Of a DNA stretch of 64,000 bases, positions 38,233-52,187 are shown piece after piece. The notes beneath the pieces were generated by a model. That model had not been told where the DNA came from and ran no database searches. It saw only the letters and a program-made list of their open reading frames with translations. The stretch's first letter is position 1, and every line of letters begins with the position of its first letter. Source of the DNA: Octopus vulgaris (Eukaryota); the NCBI GenBank assembly GCA_951406725.2, contig OX597814.1:197408001-197472000 (forward strand), given 5' to 3'. The translations under genes were made by a program, and so were the position numbers.

Positions 38233-39567
38233 AAAGTCTTTGAGAATTACTTAATACAGTTTTGAGATGTAAAGGTGAATTTTTTTTAATATATTTTCTA
38301 AAAGAATTTTCTAAAATACTCTTGTTACTCACCTTTTTAGCGAAGAAGTTTCCTAGTGTGTGAGCACTTTCGATTAACCTCCTCAAACACCATATATATA
38401 TATATATATGTATATATATGAAGTAGAATATGGATTTCCAGAACCAAGCTGTAGAAGTGATTGCAGGCACTTTTTGCAAAAAATCTCACCTAGTAATTTA
38501 ATGCAGCTCACATACTAATTTAATTTTAATTACGTCCATTCAACCGAAATGCAGGATATACAAGTAGTACTTATTTCCACGTGATCTAAATAATAATCAT
38601 TAAATAAAATCACGAGGTTTGAGAGGTGAATACAGATCTATTATCTCAACATTCCAAAATTCATGCGTGCATTTTCCATCATTATATGTATACGGATATT
38701 TCCCACTCTTTGTCATTCAGCATTTCAGCTAAACGCATCTTAAAATAATTTCTGTTAACGTCGATTTAACTCTTCACATGCCGGATGTTGAACCGCGCTC
38801 AGCTGTTCCGTTTCTACTTTCATTTTCCCCAGTTTCTCGTCTCGCTTCCATTCTCACAGACGCAAAGCGGCTCAATATCCAAAGACAGTAATGACAATCA
38901 GAAACTTTATTACGTAGTTATTAACTCGGTTCTCGTAAAACAGAAATAATATGATACTTAAAAGTCAGAGCTTGTAAATGTTCTTGGCTTATCAGGATTT
39001 ACTCACTGAATGGTGTGAAAATCCACTTTCTAATCCTCTAATCACAAACCAAAAGCAATTCTTATTTACCCTCAATCACCTTTACACGAACTAGTCTTGC
39101 TTCTACTTGTTACATTGTACTCATATCATTACATAATACGGTAATCTATTTCTTATCTATTTACTTATTTTCTGTCGCTGACTTCTTTCTAGTAAATCAT
39201 AAATTGCCATTATTTTCTGCTTTAATCACACACCAACACCTATTACTGGTTTCCTACCACATTTATAATAGTGAAGAATCAGCTCTATCGGCGGTATTTG
39301 AAGTTTAAATTAAATGAATTGACTCGTGTCAAAATTATGTTAACGTCAATGTTCTTGGTGCGAATCTATCGTTTTCAGTTGAAATGCTTTCGTTAATTCC
39401 TGTTTAGTTTCTGTTTCATTTTGATTCATTGTCTAATATCTAAGACAACTATTGCCCTTGTTCACAAACAATTTAGAGCACTGCATTCCTGAGTCGAGCA
39501 CTTTTCTATTCATGATCAACAGATTACCGCTCGAGTTCTTCCGAACTCAGCTGGAACGGGTAATAGT

Positions 39568-39785
39568 GGTTCAGACCTCCAGCCGTCACATTCACCTCTC
39601 TGAAAGTTACAGTAACCGAGGACTGTTTCAAACCTCCAGACCTTACATTCACCTCTCTGACAGTTATAGTAACCGAGAACTAGTTCAGACCTCCAGATCT
39701 CCAACCGCCACATTCACCTCTCTGACATTTATAGTAACCGAGATCTGGTTCAGACCTCCAGCCGTCACATTCACCTCTCTGACAA
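39568..39785. repeat. 57-bp minisatellite, ~3.6 units
   Basis: Unit GGTTCAGACCTCCAGCCGTCACATTCACCTCTCTGACAGTTATAGTAACCGAGATCT. Confidence 0.9.
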
Positions 39786-40267
39786 TTTCTTCTGGCTCCT
39801 GTGAGGAGTGCTGATACGGTGTCTACATCTTCTGACTACATAGTCAAAGAATCTCGAACATTTTGAATTTTTCAATAAGCGTTGAACTACTAGTTAGACC
39901 TCGTTCTCACGGCATCATCCACATGTTCGATAATTTTGAACATACACAAACGTATGAGTTTTTGTGTCCATGAGAGAGAGAGAGAGGGAGAGAATGTGTG
40001 TGTGTGTATAGATCTATATATGTGCGTATGTCTACATCTGTACGTGTATTTGCATACTCCCCGTCCATAATTTACTTACGGTGAACTGCAGTCATCGTAC
40101 GGTGACTGGAAAAACAAAAGAGAGGTTATCTCTTAATTCATCAAGCAAATTCGGAGTAATAACATTGCAACAATACATATATTCATACTAACACACATAC
40201 ATACCTATATTCATATATATATATATATATTTGTGTGTGTGTGTATGTGTGTGTGTGTGTGTACAAC

Positions 40268-40310
<43 letters not shown>

Positions 40311-40524
40311 ATATTGAAATATATTTTACATTATGAAGACACTATCTGGTATAGAACTCAATACGTTGGTTGGAGTGATAAGATATGCTTTCTATATAAA
40401 AGGTTGGCATCCAGCTCTGAATTTCAACCCAGGCTCGTGAACAGCCCATCCTGGAGCAAAACTCAGATTAGACTGACAACTTTTTATGTGATATAAATAT
40501 ACGGACTTATATTTTATGTATATA

Positions 40525-40952
40525 CAGGTCGTCGTCGACTTACAACCACAATTGGTCAAAGGTCGATTTGGTCGTAAGTCAGCTTATAGGCCTACATAGC
40601 TTTATTTTATATTTCTACATTTTTGGAGTACATTCTCGGGTAAAAACCACACACAGCATTCTGTATTATACTATTATACTAGCGTTAGTCAAAAATTTCG
40701 GAGTTTCAAGCAGTGGTCATATAAACAAATACGAGGTTGCCTCGATGTCTCCGCGACAGGATAGTCATCCAATACAGTGGCGATCGATAACGAAAACTTG
40801 GGGAAGCGTTTGTTAGTTGACATCATCCGTAGACGCATTAATTTCTAAGGAATTAAACCCATTAGATTTCAGCTGGACTATTTATAATTGCTGCCGGGAG
40901 CAGGCGCGCCAATCGTCGTAAAGTTGATCGGTCGTAAGTCTACGACGACCAG
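40525..40952. mobile_element. Tigger/pogo-like MITE
   Basis: TA|CAGGTCGTCGTCGACTTACAACC..GGTCGTAAGTCTACGACGACCAG|TA, with internal GGTCGTAAGTC repeats. Confidence 0.8.
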
Positions 40953-41085
40953 TAATTGTTCTTTACAATAGTTTTTGATATTACTTGAAAGTATAAGACG
41001 TCAAGCTGGCAGAATTGTTATTACGCCGGACAAACATGCTTTACGGCACTTTATGAGTTCAAATGCCGCGAAGGTTGACTACATA

Positions 41086-41259
41086 GGCGCAGGAGTGGCT
41101 GTGTGGTAAGTATTTTGCTTACCAATCACATGGTTCCGGGTTCAGTCCCACTACGTGGCACCTTGGGCAAGTGTCTTCAACTATAGCCTCAGGCCGACCA
41201 AAGCCTTGTGAGTGGATTTGGTAGACGGAAACTGATAGAAGCCCGTCGTATATATGTAA

Positions 41260-41293
<34 letters not shown>

Positions 41294-41470
41294 TTGTGTG
41301 TCTGTGTTTGTCCCCCTAGCATTGCTTGACAACGCGGTTCGGCAAAAGAGACCGATAGAATAAGTATTGGGCTTACAAAGAATAAGTCCCTGTGTCGATT
41401 TGCTCGACTAAAGGCGGTGCTCCAGCATGGCCGCAGTCAAATGACTGAAACAAGTAAAAGAGTAAAAGAG
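41086..41470 (+). mobile_element. SINE family A (near full length), nested in an older SINE B (41000-41580)
   Basis: Head GGCGCAGGAGTGGCTGTGTGG to the (GTAAAAGA)n tail; diverged B halves on either side. Confidence 0.9.
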
Positions 41471-42555
41471 TATACCTTTTATACTTCAGAGTCGATAGAA
41501 TAAGTGCCAGTGCAGAACTGAGGTCGATGTAATCGACTTAGCACTCCCGTAAAACTGCTGGCTTTGTGCCAACTTTTGAAACCGCTGTAATTTGTGTGAG
41601 AAGATTTTACATCGAGAGACTTATTTTTCTAGTGGTGACCCATTTTTTAAATATTTTCCTCAAAAGTAGGCTACAAAAGTATTCTTTGTTCAATTATACA
41701 GAAGAGTATCTGATTTAAATGTCATAAATATTTTGTGAAAAGTCATTATAAATACAACTTTTGAAAATCAATATATGAGAACCTGTTTGTATTAGTATTG
41801 TATATAAGAAATAGTGAAATGATATCATCGGGAATTATATAACGGCAAACATATGTAGTGAGATATATGAGATATAATTATGTAGTTGAAGGTAAAAATG
41901 AGATGCGCAAATGTTTAAAAATTTTAATATATAAACCAATATATTTAAGAGTTATTCTTTGATATAAAGTATATAAGGTCAAAAAATATCGAACACATAG
42001 TGGAATAAATCAAAATTCTGAAACATTCCTATGACAAAAAAAAAATATATGTATATTTAGAAAATAGTTCGAGAAAATAAAGTAAAGTTTGCCAGCTCAA
42101 AAATATTGAATACGTTAGCACATCAAACAGTTTGACAGAGGTAAAAAGAATTTGAAAATTTAAAATGGAATAAATTTAGATAAGTTTGCCATAAAAACAT
42201 TAAGATGATATACCGAAATGAGGAAAGAAGAGAGAGAGTAAGGAAGAGAACATTTAAAATGAAAATCAACATCTGTGGCATTTTATTGAGAATTTAGTTA
42301 TGATATGACAAATTTCAACTTGGAAAAATGGAAATAAAAATATTTTGGAATAGTTGTAACGAAAATATGTCAAATCACACAGTAAAGTCTTTGGTTTTTA
42401 GTTTAGCATTAGAACATAAATCGGTAAATGCTTGGAATTAAAAGATTGGTGCTTTGTTTGTGATAGTGTAAAGGTTTATTCATGTCCATGGTTTTGAATT
42501 ACTCTTTTTTAAATATATGTATTGGAATGATGTTATGAATATATTACAATAAATA

Positions 42556-42717
42556 GACGCAGGAGTGGCTGTGTGGTAAGAAGCTTGCTTCTCAACCACA
42601 TGATTCTAGGTTCAGTCCCACTACATGACACCATGGGCAAGTGTCTTCCTCTATAGCCTGGTGCCGATCGAAGCATTGTGATTGGATTTTGTAGACGGAA
42701 GCTGAAAGAAGCCCGTC

Positions 42718-42768
<51 letters not shown>

Positions 42769-42862
42769 CATACATACATACACGTGTTTGTGTCTGTGTT
42801 TGACCCCCCACCATCACGTGACAACTGATGTGGGTGTGTTTATGTCCCCGTAACTTAGCGGT
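42556..42862 (+). mobile_element. SINE family A (3' truncated)
   Basis: Family match. Confidence 0.85.
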
Positions 42863-42865
42863 GCG

Positions 42866-43163
42866 TCCCCGAAAGGATGAAAGGTAAAATCGACCTCCGT
42901 GGAATTTGAACTCAGAACGTACGGCAGACAAAATATTATTTCTTTACTGCCCACAAGGGGCTAAACACAGAGAGGACAAACAAGGACAGGCAAACGGATT
43001 AAGTCGATTATATCGACCCCAGTGCGTAACTGGTACTTAATTTATCGACCCCGAAAGGATGAAAGGCAAAGTCGACCTCGGCGGAATTTGAACTCAGAAC
43101 GTAGCGGCAGACGAAATACGGCCACGCATTTCGCCCGGCGTGCTAATGTTTCTGCCAGCTCGC
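42866..43163 (-). mobile_element. SINE B partial tandem dimer
   Basis: A full unit followed by a partial second unit that begins at the internal TATTT(C)GTCTGCC. Confidence 0.85.
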
Positions 43164-43487
43164 AGCATTCCCCTTTCTATTATTAGTTTATAAAACAATA
43201 CACGTGAATGTGTGTGTGTAAACGAGTGTGTGCCTCTGTGTGTGTATGTGCATATATGATTTGTGAGTTGTTTATAATGAACGAGATAAAAGTACTCGAT
43301 ACATGATGTAAAGCGTAAATATATATTTATACAAAGGACGGTATCTGACGCTACTTTAAAATTCAAGATCTATTGAGGTGTCTGAGGATTATGCTGGTCC
43401 ATAATCGAGAAAACTGTGCCTTGTTTCAAGAACTCTCTCTCTCTACCTCTCTTACCACTGCTAGTTCCCTACATGCTACTCATGCAC

Positions 43488-43890
43488 AGGCACATGCGTG
43501 GCTGTGTGGTAAGCAGCTTGCTTTCCAACCACATGGCTTCGGATTCAATCTCACTGCGTGGCAACTTGCTCAAGTGTCTTCTTTTACTATTGCCTTGGGC
43601 CGATCCAAGCCTAGTGAGTGGATTTGGTAGACTGAAATTGAAAGAAGCACGTCGTATATATATATATATATATATATATATGCATATGTGTCTGTGTTTG
43701 TCCCCCCAGCACCGTTTGACAACCGATGATGCTGTGTTTACGTCCCCCGTAACTTAGCGGTTCGGCAAAAGCGACCGACAGATTAAGTACTAGGCTTCCA
43801 AAGAATAAGTCCTGGGGTTGATTTGTTCAACCACGGGCGTTGCTCCTGCATGGTCACATTGAAATTACTACAACAAATAACAGAATTATT
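43488..43890 (+). mobile_element. SINE family A
   Basis: Family match. Confidence 0.85.
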
Positions 43891-43931
43891 AAAAGAATGT
43901 GTGTATACATACAAATGTATGTGTATGTATG

Positions 43932-44275
43932 TGCTAAGTCCTCATTAAAGGCCTGTGATATTCAGGAGACTGACTGGGAGAACAATGCCTAGCATCGCCA
44001 CAGATGGTGGAAACAGGTCAAGGACAGGGTTGACACTTTTGAGAGAGCAAATATTCTGCATAAAGAACTTAAGCGTGCTGCTCGAAAGCGCGCTACTAGC
44101 ATAGTGAATGGGGAAGGCTTGGTTTGCAATGTTTGCAGTCGTGTATGCTTGTCAAGATCAGGGCTTATTCGCCACCAACGGAGCAGCAAGTGCAAAATAT
44201 ATGTTGGTCCTAGAGAGCACAATGTTCCTGAAGGTCAGCAATGGTCTTCCTCGGTCACGAGTGGACAGCCATCAT
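43932..44275 (+). mobile_element. RTE/BovB-like LINE 3' end with C-terminal zinc finger
   Basis: LKSSLKACDIQETDWENNA*HRHRW..VCNVCSRVCLSRSGLIRHQRS. Confidence 0.75.
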
Positions 44276-44863
44276 GTGTGAATGAATATATATAAGTTCA
44301 GCAAAATTTAGATTCAAATGAATATGGTACTTAAGTCAGACGCACCAGAATTTTGTACGGTGTTATCCATATAAATCCATGGGGTGATTATAATCAAAGT
44401 ACCAAATTACCGAAGATATTCTTGTTGCTTACTTTGAATATATATATATTAACATATACATGCTTGTGTATGTGTGTGCATGTTTGTGGGTCAGTGTGTA
44501 AGGAGAGTGAAGAGAGAACGTATAATCTGTGAATCTATATTCTACTTAATTACCTCGCTCACCATACAGACCTGCACACAGATATACGCAATCTACACGG
44601 CACACGCTGCTCGCATAGAGAAATCCACACTGTTTATTGATCCATGTGTATGTGAGGTCAGGGAGTATATACAACACTACAGTAAGGATAGCTTCAAAAT
44701 AGAGGATTAAAGGTGAACAGTCGGCCTACCTTCAACTTTATTTCTCTTCTATCTCTTTTTACTTACAAACATTTCTTTCAAAGCTCCAGAAAGCTCTTCA
44801 AACATCACCTGCTCTTCATCAAACAGACAACCTATAACAACAACAACAACAATAATGATAATA

Positions 44864-44896
<33 letters not shown>

Positions 44897-46048
44897 CGGC
44901 AAAACTATGGAAGAATATTTGTATAGTATTTGCTTCGTTTTTGTTTGTTTTTCATTTTCTTCATAATTTTGTTTTTCTCGATATTAACATTTTAGATTTA
45001 AGGTGAACTATCGATCGACTCTGAACAAATCAAAACATGTTTAAATATAAGACATGGACCACACACAATCACTAAAACACACACACAAACACACATATAT
45101 ATAGGCACTGAAATATATATAAACATATGTGTCGCGTGTGTGTGTAAGTGTGCGCGTATTATTTATGTCATACGTGTGTTTGCCTTTATTTATTTATCTG
45201 TGTGTGCGTGTTTGTGTGTGTATGTATGTATGTATGTGTGTGTGTGTGTGGTGTGTGTAAATTCTTTCTTAATCGGGCCTAATCAAATAATAGATTCAAA
45301 CCTAAAATACAAAGAAATTTGTTTGTTTCTCATTCGTTTTTTTTCAATTCTTTTAATGCCAAACGTTAGTCACGGAATGGTATTCACATTATTTAAAGAG
45401 AAACAGATCCTCGATGAACGCCATTCCAAACACAAGCATTTTTTTTTTCTTTCTTTCTGTTTTACTTTTCCATGTTTTGTCCTTGTTAAAGAATATATTT
45501 CCAAAGCTCGCGTGTCACCAGATATTTTTTATTCAATAAGTTTATAGCTGTTGTTTCAAAGACCCTTTTCTTAGATACAAGTTTTGAATCTCTTTGGAAT
45601 TAGTCTACATATGACCCCCTTTATATGGTCACGCAGTGTGTTAGTAACATAACATATTTATGTATAATATTGCTTATTCATATAACATTTGGCCATTGTT
45701 AATCTATTTTCTGGTCATTGTATGTACAATTAGGGAGCATTTTTTATTTCATTGAACAAATAAAGCTTGTTTTCCCATATAACAGCATATAGGTCGAAGT
45801 CTGCAACTAAGAAGAACGCAAGCTTCGTTGGCGAAACTAGTAATCATCAAGTGTTTCACATACTACTTGCCTTCTCGAGAATCTGAGATCCAAACTGCTA
45901 CTGAATTATATAAGCGGTTGGGTATTTCACAGACACGTATACCCTTAACGTAAACTTCAAACTTAACTTGATGCAGTGTATCTTCGACCACAGCGTCATC
46001 TTCTAAATTTTAAGCAGAAAGACTGAATTGTTCTGAAATTATCTTTTA

Positions 46049-46435
46049 CTAGCAGTATCGCCCGGCGTTGCTCAGGTTTGTAAGGGAAATAACTATAAAG
46101 CATTTTTAGAGAGTTATAGCCAAAAAATAGCAAAAAAATGGGAAAAAAATGATGGTAAATTTTTTTTTTTGATAGTTAAAAAAGGTGGAGTTGCGTCCCC
46201 TAGACGGTCTGTGGTTTGTGTTTCTGATTCTCGACCCCATGTCGAATTTATCGATTTTTTTCAGAACTGGGGGAACTTTTCAAAATTTTCGCTGCGTTAG
46301 TTTTGAATTATGACATTGGGCTATGTGTGTGTCAAGTTTCATCAGAATCGGTTGAAAGCCGTGGTCAGGGTGAGGGTACGAGAAAACAGACACACAGAAA
46401 ACGCACAGACAAACTGCCGTTTATATATAGAGAGA
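46049..46435 (-). mobile_element. Non-autonomous Helitron, complete
   Basis: Minus strand A|TC..CTAG|T termini with a subterminal GC-rich hairpin-like motif; second copy at 33098. Confidence 0.85.
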
Positions 46436-46464
46436 TTTGTTATCGTTTACATGCTTAGGCATTA

Positions 46465-47350
46465 AATTGCGGCCATGCAGGGGCACTGCATTGAATTTTT
46501 AATTGAATGAATGGATCTTAGTACTTATTTTTAAGCCTGGTTCTTATTCTATCGGTCTCTTTTGCCAAACCATTAAGTTACGGAGATGCAAGCACACCCA
46601 CATCGCTTGTCAAGGAATGGTTGGGACAAACACAGAGAGAAAGATACATACACACACACACACAGATATATAAACATATATAGGCACGTCGGCTCCTTTC
46701 AGCTTTCGTCTACCAAATACATTCACAAGGATTTGATCGGCCCTTGGCTATAGTAGAAAACATTTGCACAGTGGGACTGAACCCAGAACCAAGTGTTTGG
46801 GAAGCAAGCTTCTTACTACCCAACCAGACTCGGATGCCACGCAAGCTCGAGTCGACGTGTGCAACGCTTGCTCACACAATATTTTTATCTTCTATCTTTA
46901 CTTGTTTCTGTGATGGGTCTGCGGCCATGCTGGAACGTGCTTTGAAATATTTAGTCGAACAAATTGCTCCCAGTACATATTTTTTAATGTCTTATACGAA
47001 TTCTATTGCTCTCTTTTGCCGAGCTGCCAGTTTAAAGGGACGTAAACAAAACAACACCGGTTACCAAGCGGTGATGGGAGACAGGCACGAACCAAGATAC
47101 GGACATACATACGGACATACACACACATGCGCACTGACACACACACACAAGTATGTAGATATACATACATACATACTGTTAGATAGGTAAATAGATACAA
47201 TGGTCATTCAGTTTCCATTAAAATAATCCACTCACAAGTATTGTTCGATCCGGAGATATAGCAGCAAACACTCGCCCAATTTTTCCACGCAGTGAGACCG
47301 AAACCGAAAGCATGTAGGTGGAAACCAAACATCATACCACAAAGCCATGT
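46465..47350 (-). mobile_element. Two diverged SINE A copies (46465-46830, 46895-47350)
   Basis: Family match, diverged. Confidence 0.75.
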
Positions 47351-47754
47351 TTTCACGTAAATTACATTAAATTATAGGTGGATTCTAAATTACTGGAGCA
47401 ATCATTTTTATTGCTGTTTACATTTCCTTTTTACCATTTATTTTATTTATGTCTAACATTTATCTGGAAGACATAATTTTAGTGTCTCTTTAATTTAATA
47501 TTTCAATCTTTTGGACAGAAATGTTTACTCTTTAATTTACATATTTCTTCTCTCTCCAACAATTACATATATTTTACTGCTATTTACATGTATAGCAGTT
47601 ATAGTTTCTTGTCATTTTCGTCGCTCTCGCTTTTATTAAAGTAAGTCTAATGCTTCCTCCGGCGTCTTGTGAGAGCTGGTTTATATATATATATATATAT
47701 ATATAGAACGGGCCATATATAATAGAACGGGCCATGCTGGAGCACTGAACTCAA

Positions 47755-47920
47755 CGCATTTTTATTTCCATTGTCTCTGTATTTGTTTCGTCTTATTCCT
47801 TTCTGTCGATGAGCGTACGCTCAAAATATAAAAGAATTTTCCATAGTTCCTCAGCGCCAAACTATTAGACTTCCTTGTTGTTCCCACAACTGTCTTCGTC
47901 TTTCTTTTTCTATAAATATG
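47755..47920 (+). mobile_element. Penelope-like family 2, decayed hammerhead motif (47799-47834)
   Basis: CTTT-CTGTCGA-T-GAGC(GTAC)GCTC-AAAA. Confidence 0.5.
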
Positions 47921-49179
47921 AATTATATATTGTAAATAAATATATATAATATGTATTATTATCGTAACTGTTAAATTATTTGTATGTCTGTGTGGGGAAG
48001 AAGCTCGCTTTGCATCCTTGTGTTTTCAGCTCGGTTCTGTTCAGTCCCAGCGTTTGTCATCTTGAACAAATGCTTCTACCATAGAGCTGGACCGACCAGT
48101 GTGCTTCAAGTACCAACGCACGAAACTCTCAGTCCTTGAGTCACTCTGTTGCTTTTGATAAACATTAACATAAAATAGACATACATTCATATATCGAGCT
48201 CAATCTTTCTTGTTTTCACCACCCAACCTCTGTGTGTGTGTGTGTGTATGATTTGTAGTTTCTTTGTTGAAAATACAAGTCATACTGAAAGATTTAAATA
48301 GTTTAGTACACAATTCTAGGTGCTGGAGTAACACCTGTGTTAATTTCAGCTAATATAATATAAAGTTCTTAATAGAATTTAATACATTCCTTAAACGTTC
48401 TCCTCGCAAAACATAAGTTAATTAGTAAAGTTTAATAAACACTTTAAATTTCCTCGACGTTTCCAAATTCGTAAGAAACAAAACCAAAGATTTCTGTCAG
48501 AGGAGCTAATCAGAATAAAGAAGCCTATTATTTCGTTCTTGAAAGAATTTTCAATCTGATTATATTAATATAATGTCTGAAAATTTACCGAACATTAAGA
48601 AATGGAATTGGAATGCAACTTTTAATTTGATTGTTATTTCAATTAGTATTTTATTATGCAAGGTTATCAGATGTACCAAAGTCCTTGATATACAGTGATT
48701 TTCTAAGTGTTGTTCATTTATTTTGGTTCTTTACAAAGATTGTGACTTTTTGGAAAATATAAAGTTTTCTCCGCTTTCACTGAGTTTGCAGTATTTCATG
48801 GTTCTTTCAAGTTTGTTTGGCACGGTGGTTGAAGATTTTTGCTTTCTAACCGAGGGATTCGAGATCTCACTCTTAATATGCCGCTCCCTGAGCAAATGAA
48901 TTCTGCAATACGCTTGTGATGACCAATGTCATGCGAATGGAATTTAGGGCGCTGAAGTCGTTCACTCACTCACGCACACACACACACTCATGGATAACAA
49001 CGTACATGTATAAATTTACACATGCACACACACATATATATATCTAAAATCAATTTAGATAGCTGTGTGAAATGTGCTTCCAAATAGGAAAACTATAAAC
49101 GTCACTAAATATGACCACGGTGTTGGAACACCTACATTGCTAGAAATAAGAGCTAAAAACCTCTAATGCTGTAGTTACA

Positions 49180-49239
<60 letters not shown>

Positions 49240-49442
49240 TGACAGGCACTGTAATCGCCCGAAAAGAACGGTCGAGAATTCCTTATACTAATCGGTCAGT
49301 TTCGGCTAATTCCGTAACCTCGGAAGTAGGAATCGCTCAAGGTTGATTCCGGACTTAATTCTCTGTCACTATAGATCGTGACCGACCAGGCCATCAGAGG
49401 TTGCTACACATCGCTGGTCACATTGTTTTAGCCTTGAAATGA

Positions 49443-49579
49443 CACCACCCCCTGCCGGAGCATCGTGGAGCTTTAGGAGTTTTCGCTCCATAAATACTCA
49501 CAACGCCCGGTCTGGGAATCGAAACTGCGATCCTACGACCGCGAGACCGTTGCCCTAACCAATGAGCCATTGCGCCTCC
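49443..49579 (-). mobile_element. SINE C 5' part joined to a different downstream sequence
   Basis: Head matches family C; similarity stops at about 49443. Confidence 0.75.
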
Positions 49580-50154
49580 ACATATTGTATTATTAATAGG
49601 ATTGTAAATAAAACATGAAAATCAGACAAAATTGGAATTTCTTTGGGTAATACTTTCGTCTATACACAATGATACATACCCATGTATATATATATATATG
49701 ATGGAAAATAATAGAATGAAATATATTTTCCATAAATCATCAATTTTACATATTTCAACATTCTTTTGTATTTCTTTTAACTCTTATAAAGAATCATACC
49801 TAATTAGGGCAAAAATAACAAATTTTGAAGAAGCACCACAGATTTCATGAATCCTAATTCTTTATTTCAATTTATTTCATTAACCTTAAAATATAAAAAT
49901 AGAAGTCAAATCTAACAACAGCAGGATTTGAACTTATACAGTAAAATGAGGGTAATTAGATATTAGAAAGGAAAGTTTGTCTTTATCTATTAATTTTTTT
50001 TTTCTTTTTCTGCTCCACGATTGAGTCAACATGTCCGTTTGAGCCCAGAATTGTAAAGAAAGAAAAGGAACAACTTTTAAAAAATACAATCCCTTAAAGT
50101 TTGAAATTACGAGAACTTGAAATATGAAAACAGTTAAGGTTCTCCTGAAATAAG

Positions 50155-50610
50155 GAACTGTGGCTAATGGGAAAGACAACTGGAAGGCGGCGAGCTGGCA
50201 GAAACGTTAGCACGCCGGTAGAAATGCGTAGCCGTATTTCGTCTGTCGTTACGTTGTGAGTTCAAATTCCGCCGAGGTCCACTTTGCCTTTCATCCTTTC
50301 GGGGTCGATAAATTAAGTACCAGTTACGCACTGGGGTCGATGTAATCGACTTAATACCTGTGTCTGTCCTTGTTTGTCCCCTCTATGTTTAGCCCCTTGT
50401 GGGTAATAAAGAAATAGGTATAGACAACTGGTTGGAGATTAGAATAGAATGCCCTGTTAAGCTTCTACAGAAAGGTTGCCTCTTAGGAACAGCATAGTTT
50501 ATCAGAAGGCATTTGAGCTCTTGAAAGATTATTGAAAGTTTGTATGTATCTAAGGTTGCATGCAGTAGCCTGCTAACCACATAAATTCTACCAGTAATAA
50601 GACCAAACCT
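50155..50610 (+). mobile_element. R4/Dong-like LINE extreme 3' end, interrupted by SINE B
   Basis: After removing the SINE: GTVANGKDNWLEIRIECPVKLLQKGCLLGTA*FIRR (LQK..LLGTA motif). Confidence 0.65.
50184..50421 (+). mobile_element. SINE family B, full monomer
   Basis: 10-bp TSD AGACAACTGG (50174-50183, 50422-50431). Confidence 0.92.
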
Positions 50611-51144
50611 AAATCAAGACGAATATTAATTTACAAATATTCTTATAACTTATGAGGTGGTTATTGTTTGCTAATGATTTTCGCACATAGAAAGTATTTT
50701 TATCTGCAAATGAAGTTTTCGATATCTTTCTTTCATTATTTTCTATCTGCTTTATATATATATTTATCTTGTACTAACAAAACAGTGAAAGAAAAAAGTC
50801 AAGAATTACTTGATAAAAACTTTTACGCTACTTGCCAAGCTGACACATTGAGAATGTTCTGCAGACAGTTTGCCCTATCACTATTAATATCGATCAAGAT
50901 AATGTGTGTTAGAAAAACACTGTGATGTGTATACAGAGAAATCATAGACTAATATCAAATATTCTGTTGTCCAACTGGCAACCTTTGATCAATGATTGAT
51001 TACTGAGGCAAAGAATATGCTTAGGTGTCAACTTGTAAAATTGAACTCATTCATATATAAACACTTATATTCATAGTTGCATTTGCATAAGCGCGCACAC
51101 AAACACACTTTCTTTAACGTGCATGTGAGTGTGGGCTTGTATTC

Positions 51145-51183
<39 letters not shown>

Positions 51184-51380
51184 TAGATAGATATATAGAT
51201 TTGCTCACAAACATTATTTGTATGCATATGTGTGTGGGTTCGTATTACTAGACTAAGTGAAATTGATAAAATTCAAACCACTATATACGTGTGTGTGTGT
51301 GTGTGCGTGTATCTTGTTTAAGTAATTTGAGGGCAGTAATTTGAGCACCAGCTCGAATGGTTTTAGTCGAAGAAATCAAC

Positions 51381-51436
51381 CCCATATACCATGGTTTCGG
51401 CTGTTGGCCCGAGGGCCTCAACCTTCTTCAGTGTGA
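51381..51436 (-). ncRNA. Type I hammerhead-like motif with long stem II
   Basis: Minus strand CTCACA-CTGAAGA-A-GGTTG-A-GGCCC(TC)GGGCC-AA-CAGCC-GAAA-CCATGG-TA-TATGGG. Confidence 0.65.
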
Positions 51437-51479
51437 GTCACTGGACAAGAAATTCTAAAACCGTCACGTTATAAATCCA

Positions 51480-51513
<34 letters not shown>

Positions 51514-52187
51514 TGATCGATAGATAGACACATTACTTTTTTCATATGTTAAGTGACTATCAGCCAAACCATTGACACGGCATGTGCATGCGCACATAAT
51601 AGAATGTAAAGAAATATATAACTGTGAACGGTCTTTGTGATACTATTTTCAGTTCGTTTTCAATATGATGCCAAAGTTAACAAAAAATTTATTGCCACTT
51701 CCAAGCTTTGCTGGAGATGAAATATATTTAGTCATACTTAATATGTTTGTTACTAAAATTTCTGTATTTCTAAGAAGCAACATAACTATTATAGATTTTT
51801 ATGCTGTATGACTACTGTTATTCACGTCAAATGGTCTTGATAATGATTTCTAACACATGTGAAAATCCTTCATTTATCAGCGAATGGAATTTCTTTCTTT
51901 TCAATGTATTTGTTATTCGGAGATCTGGTAGGAAGGCTGTTTTCTATAGCGGTTGTGTAAAATCAGATACTAAGGCTTCTGAAGCAAGCTGACTTTTATC
52001 AGGCTTTGCTATTTCCAACTTCACTTCTGCTTCTATACTGCGGTGGAGGCTCGCATCATCGTTTGAATGACAATTCTTGTAACATAATGTATGAATACAC
52101 AGAATGTTCGGGCTATGTTTCACGACGATTTTTATGTCTCCTCTTTCAGAAACAGTTTGATGTATTGGAAAGTAGTAAACGGCGTTG

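Noticed and set aside
39568-39785. CRISPR-like array
   Set aside because: Contiguous tandem units without unique spacers, in a eukaryotic context with no cas genes.
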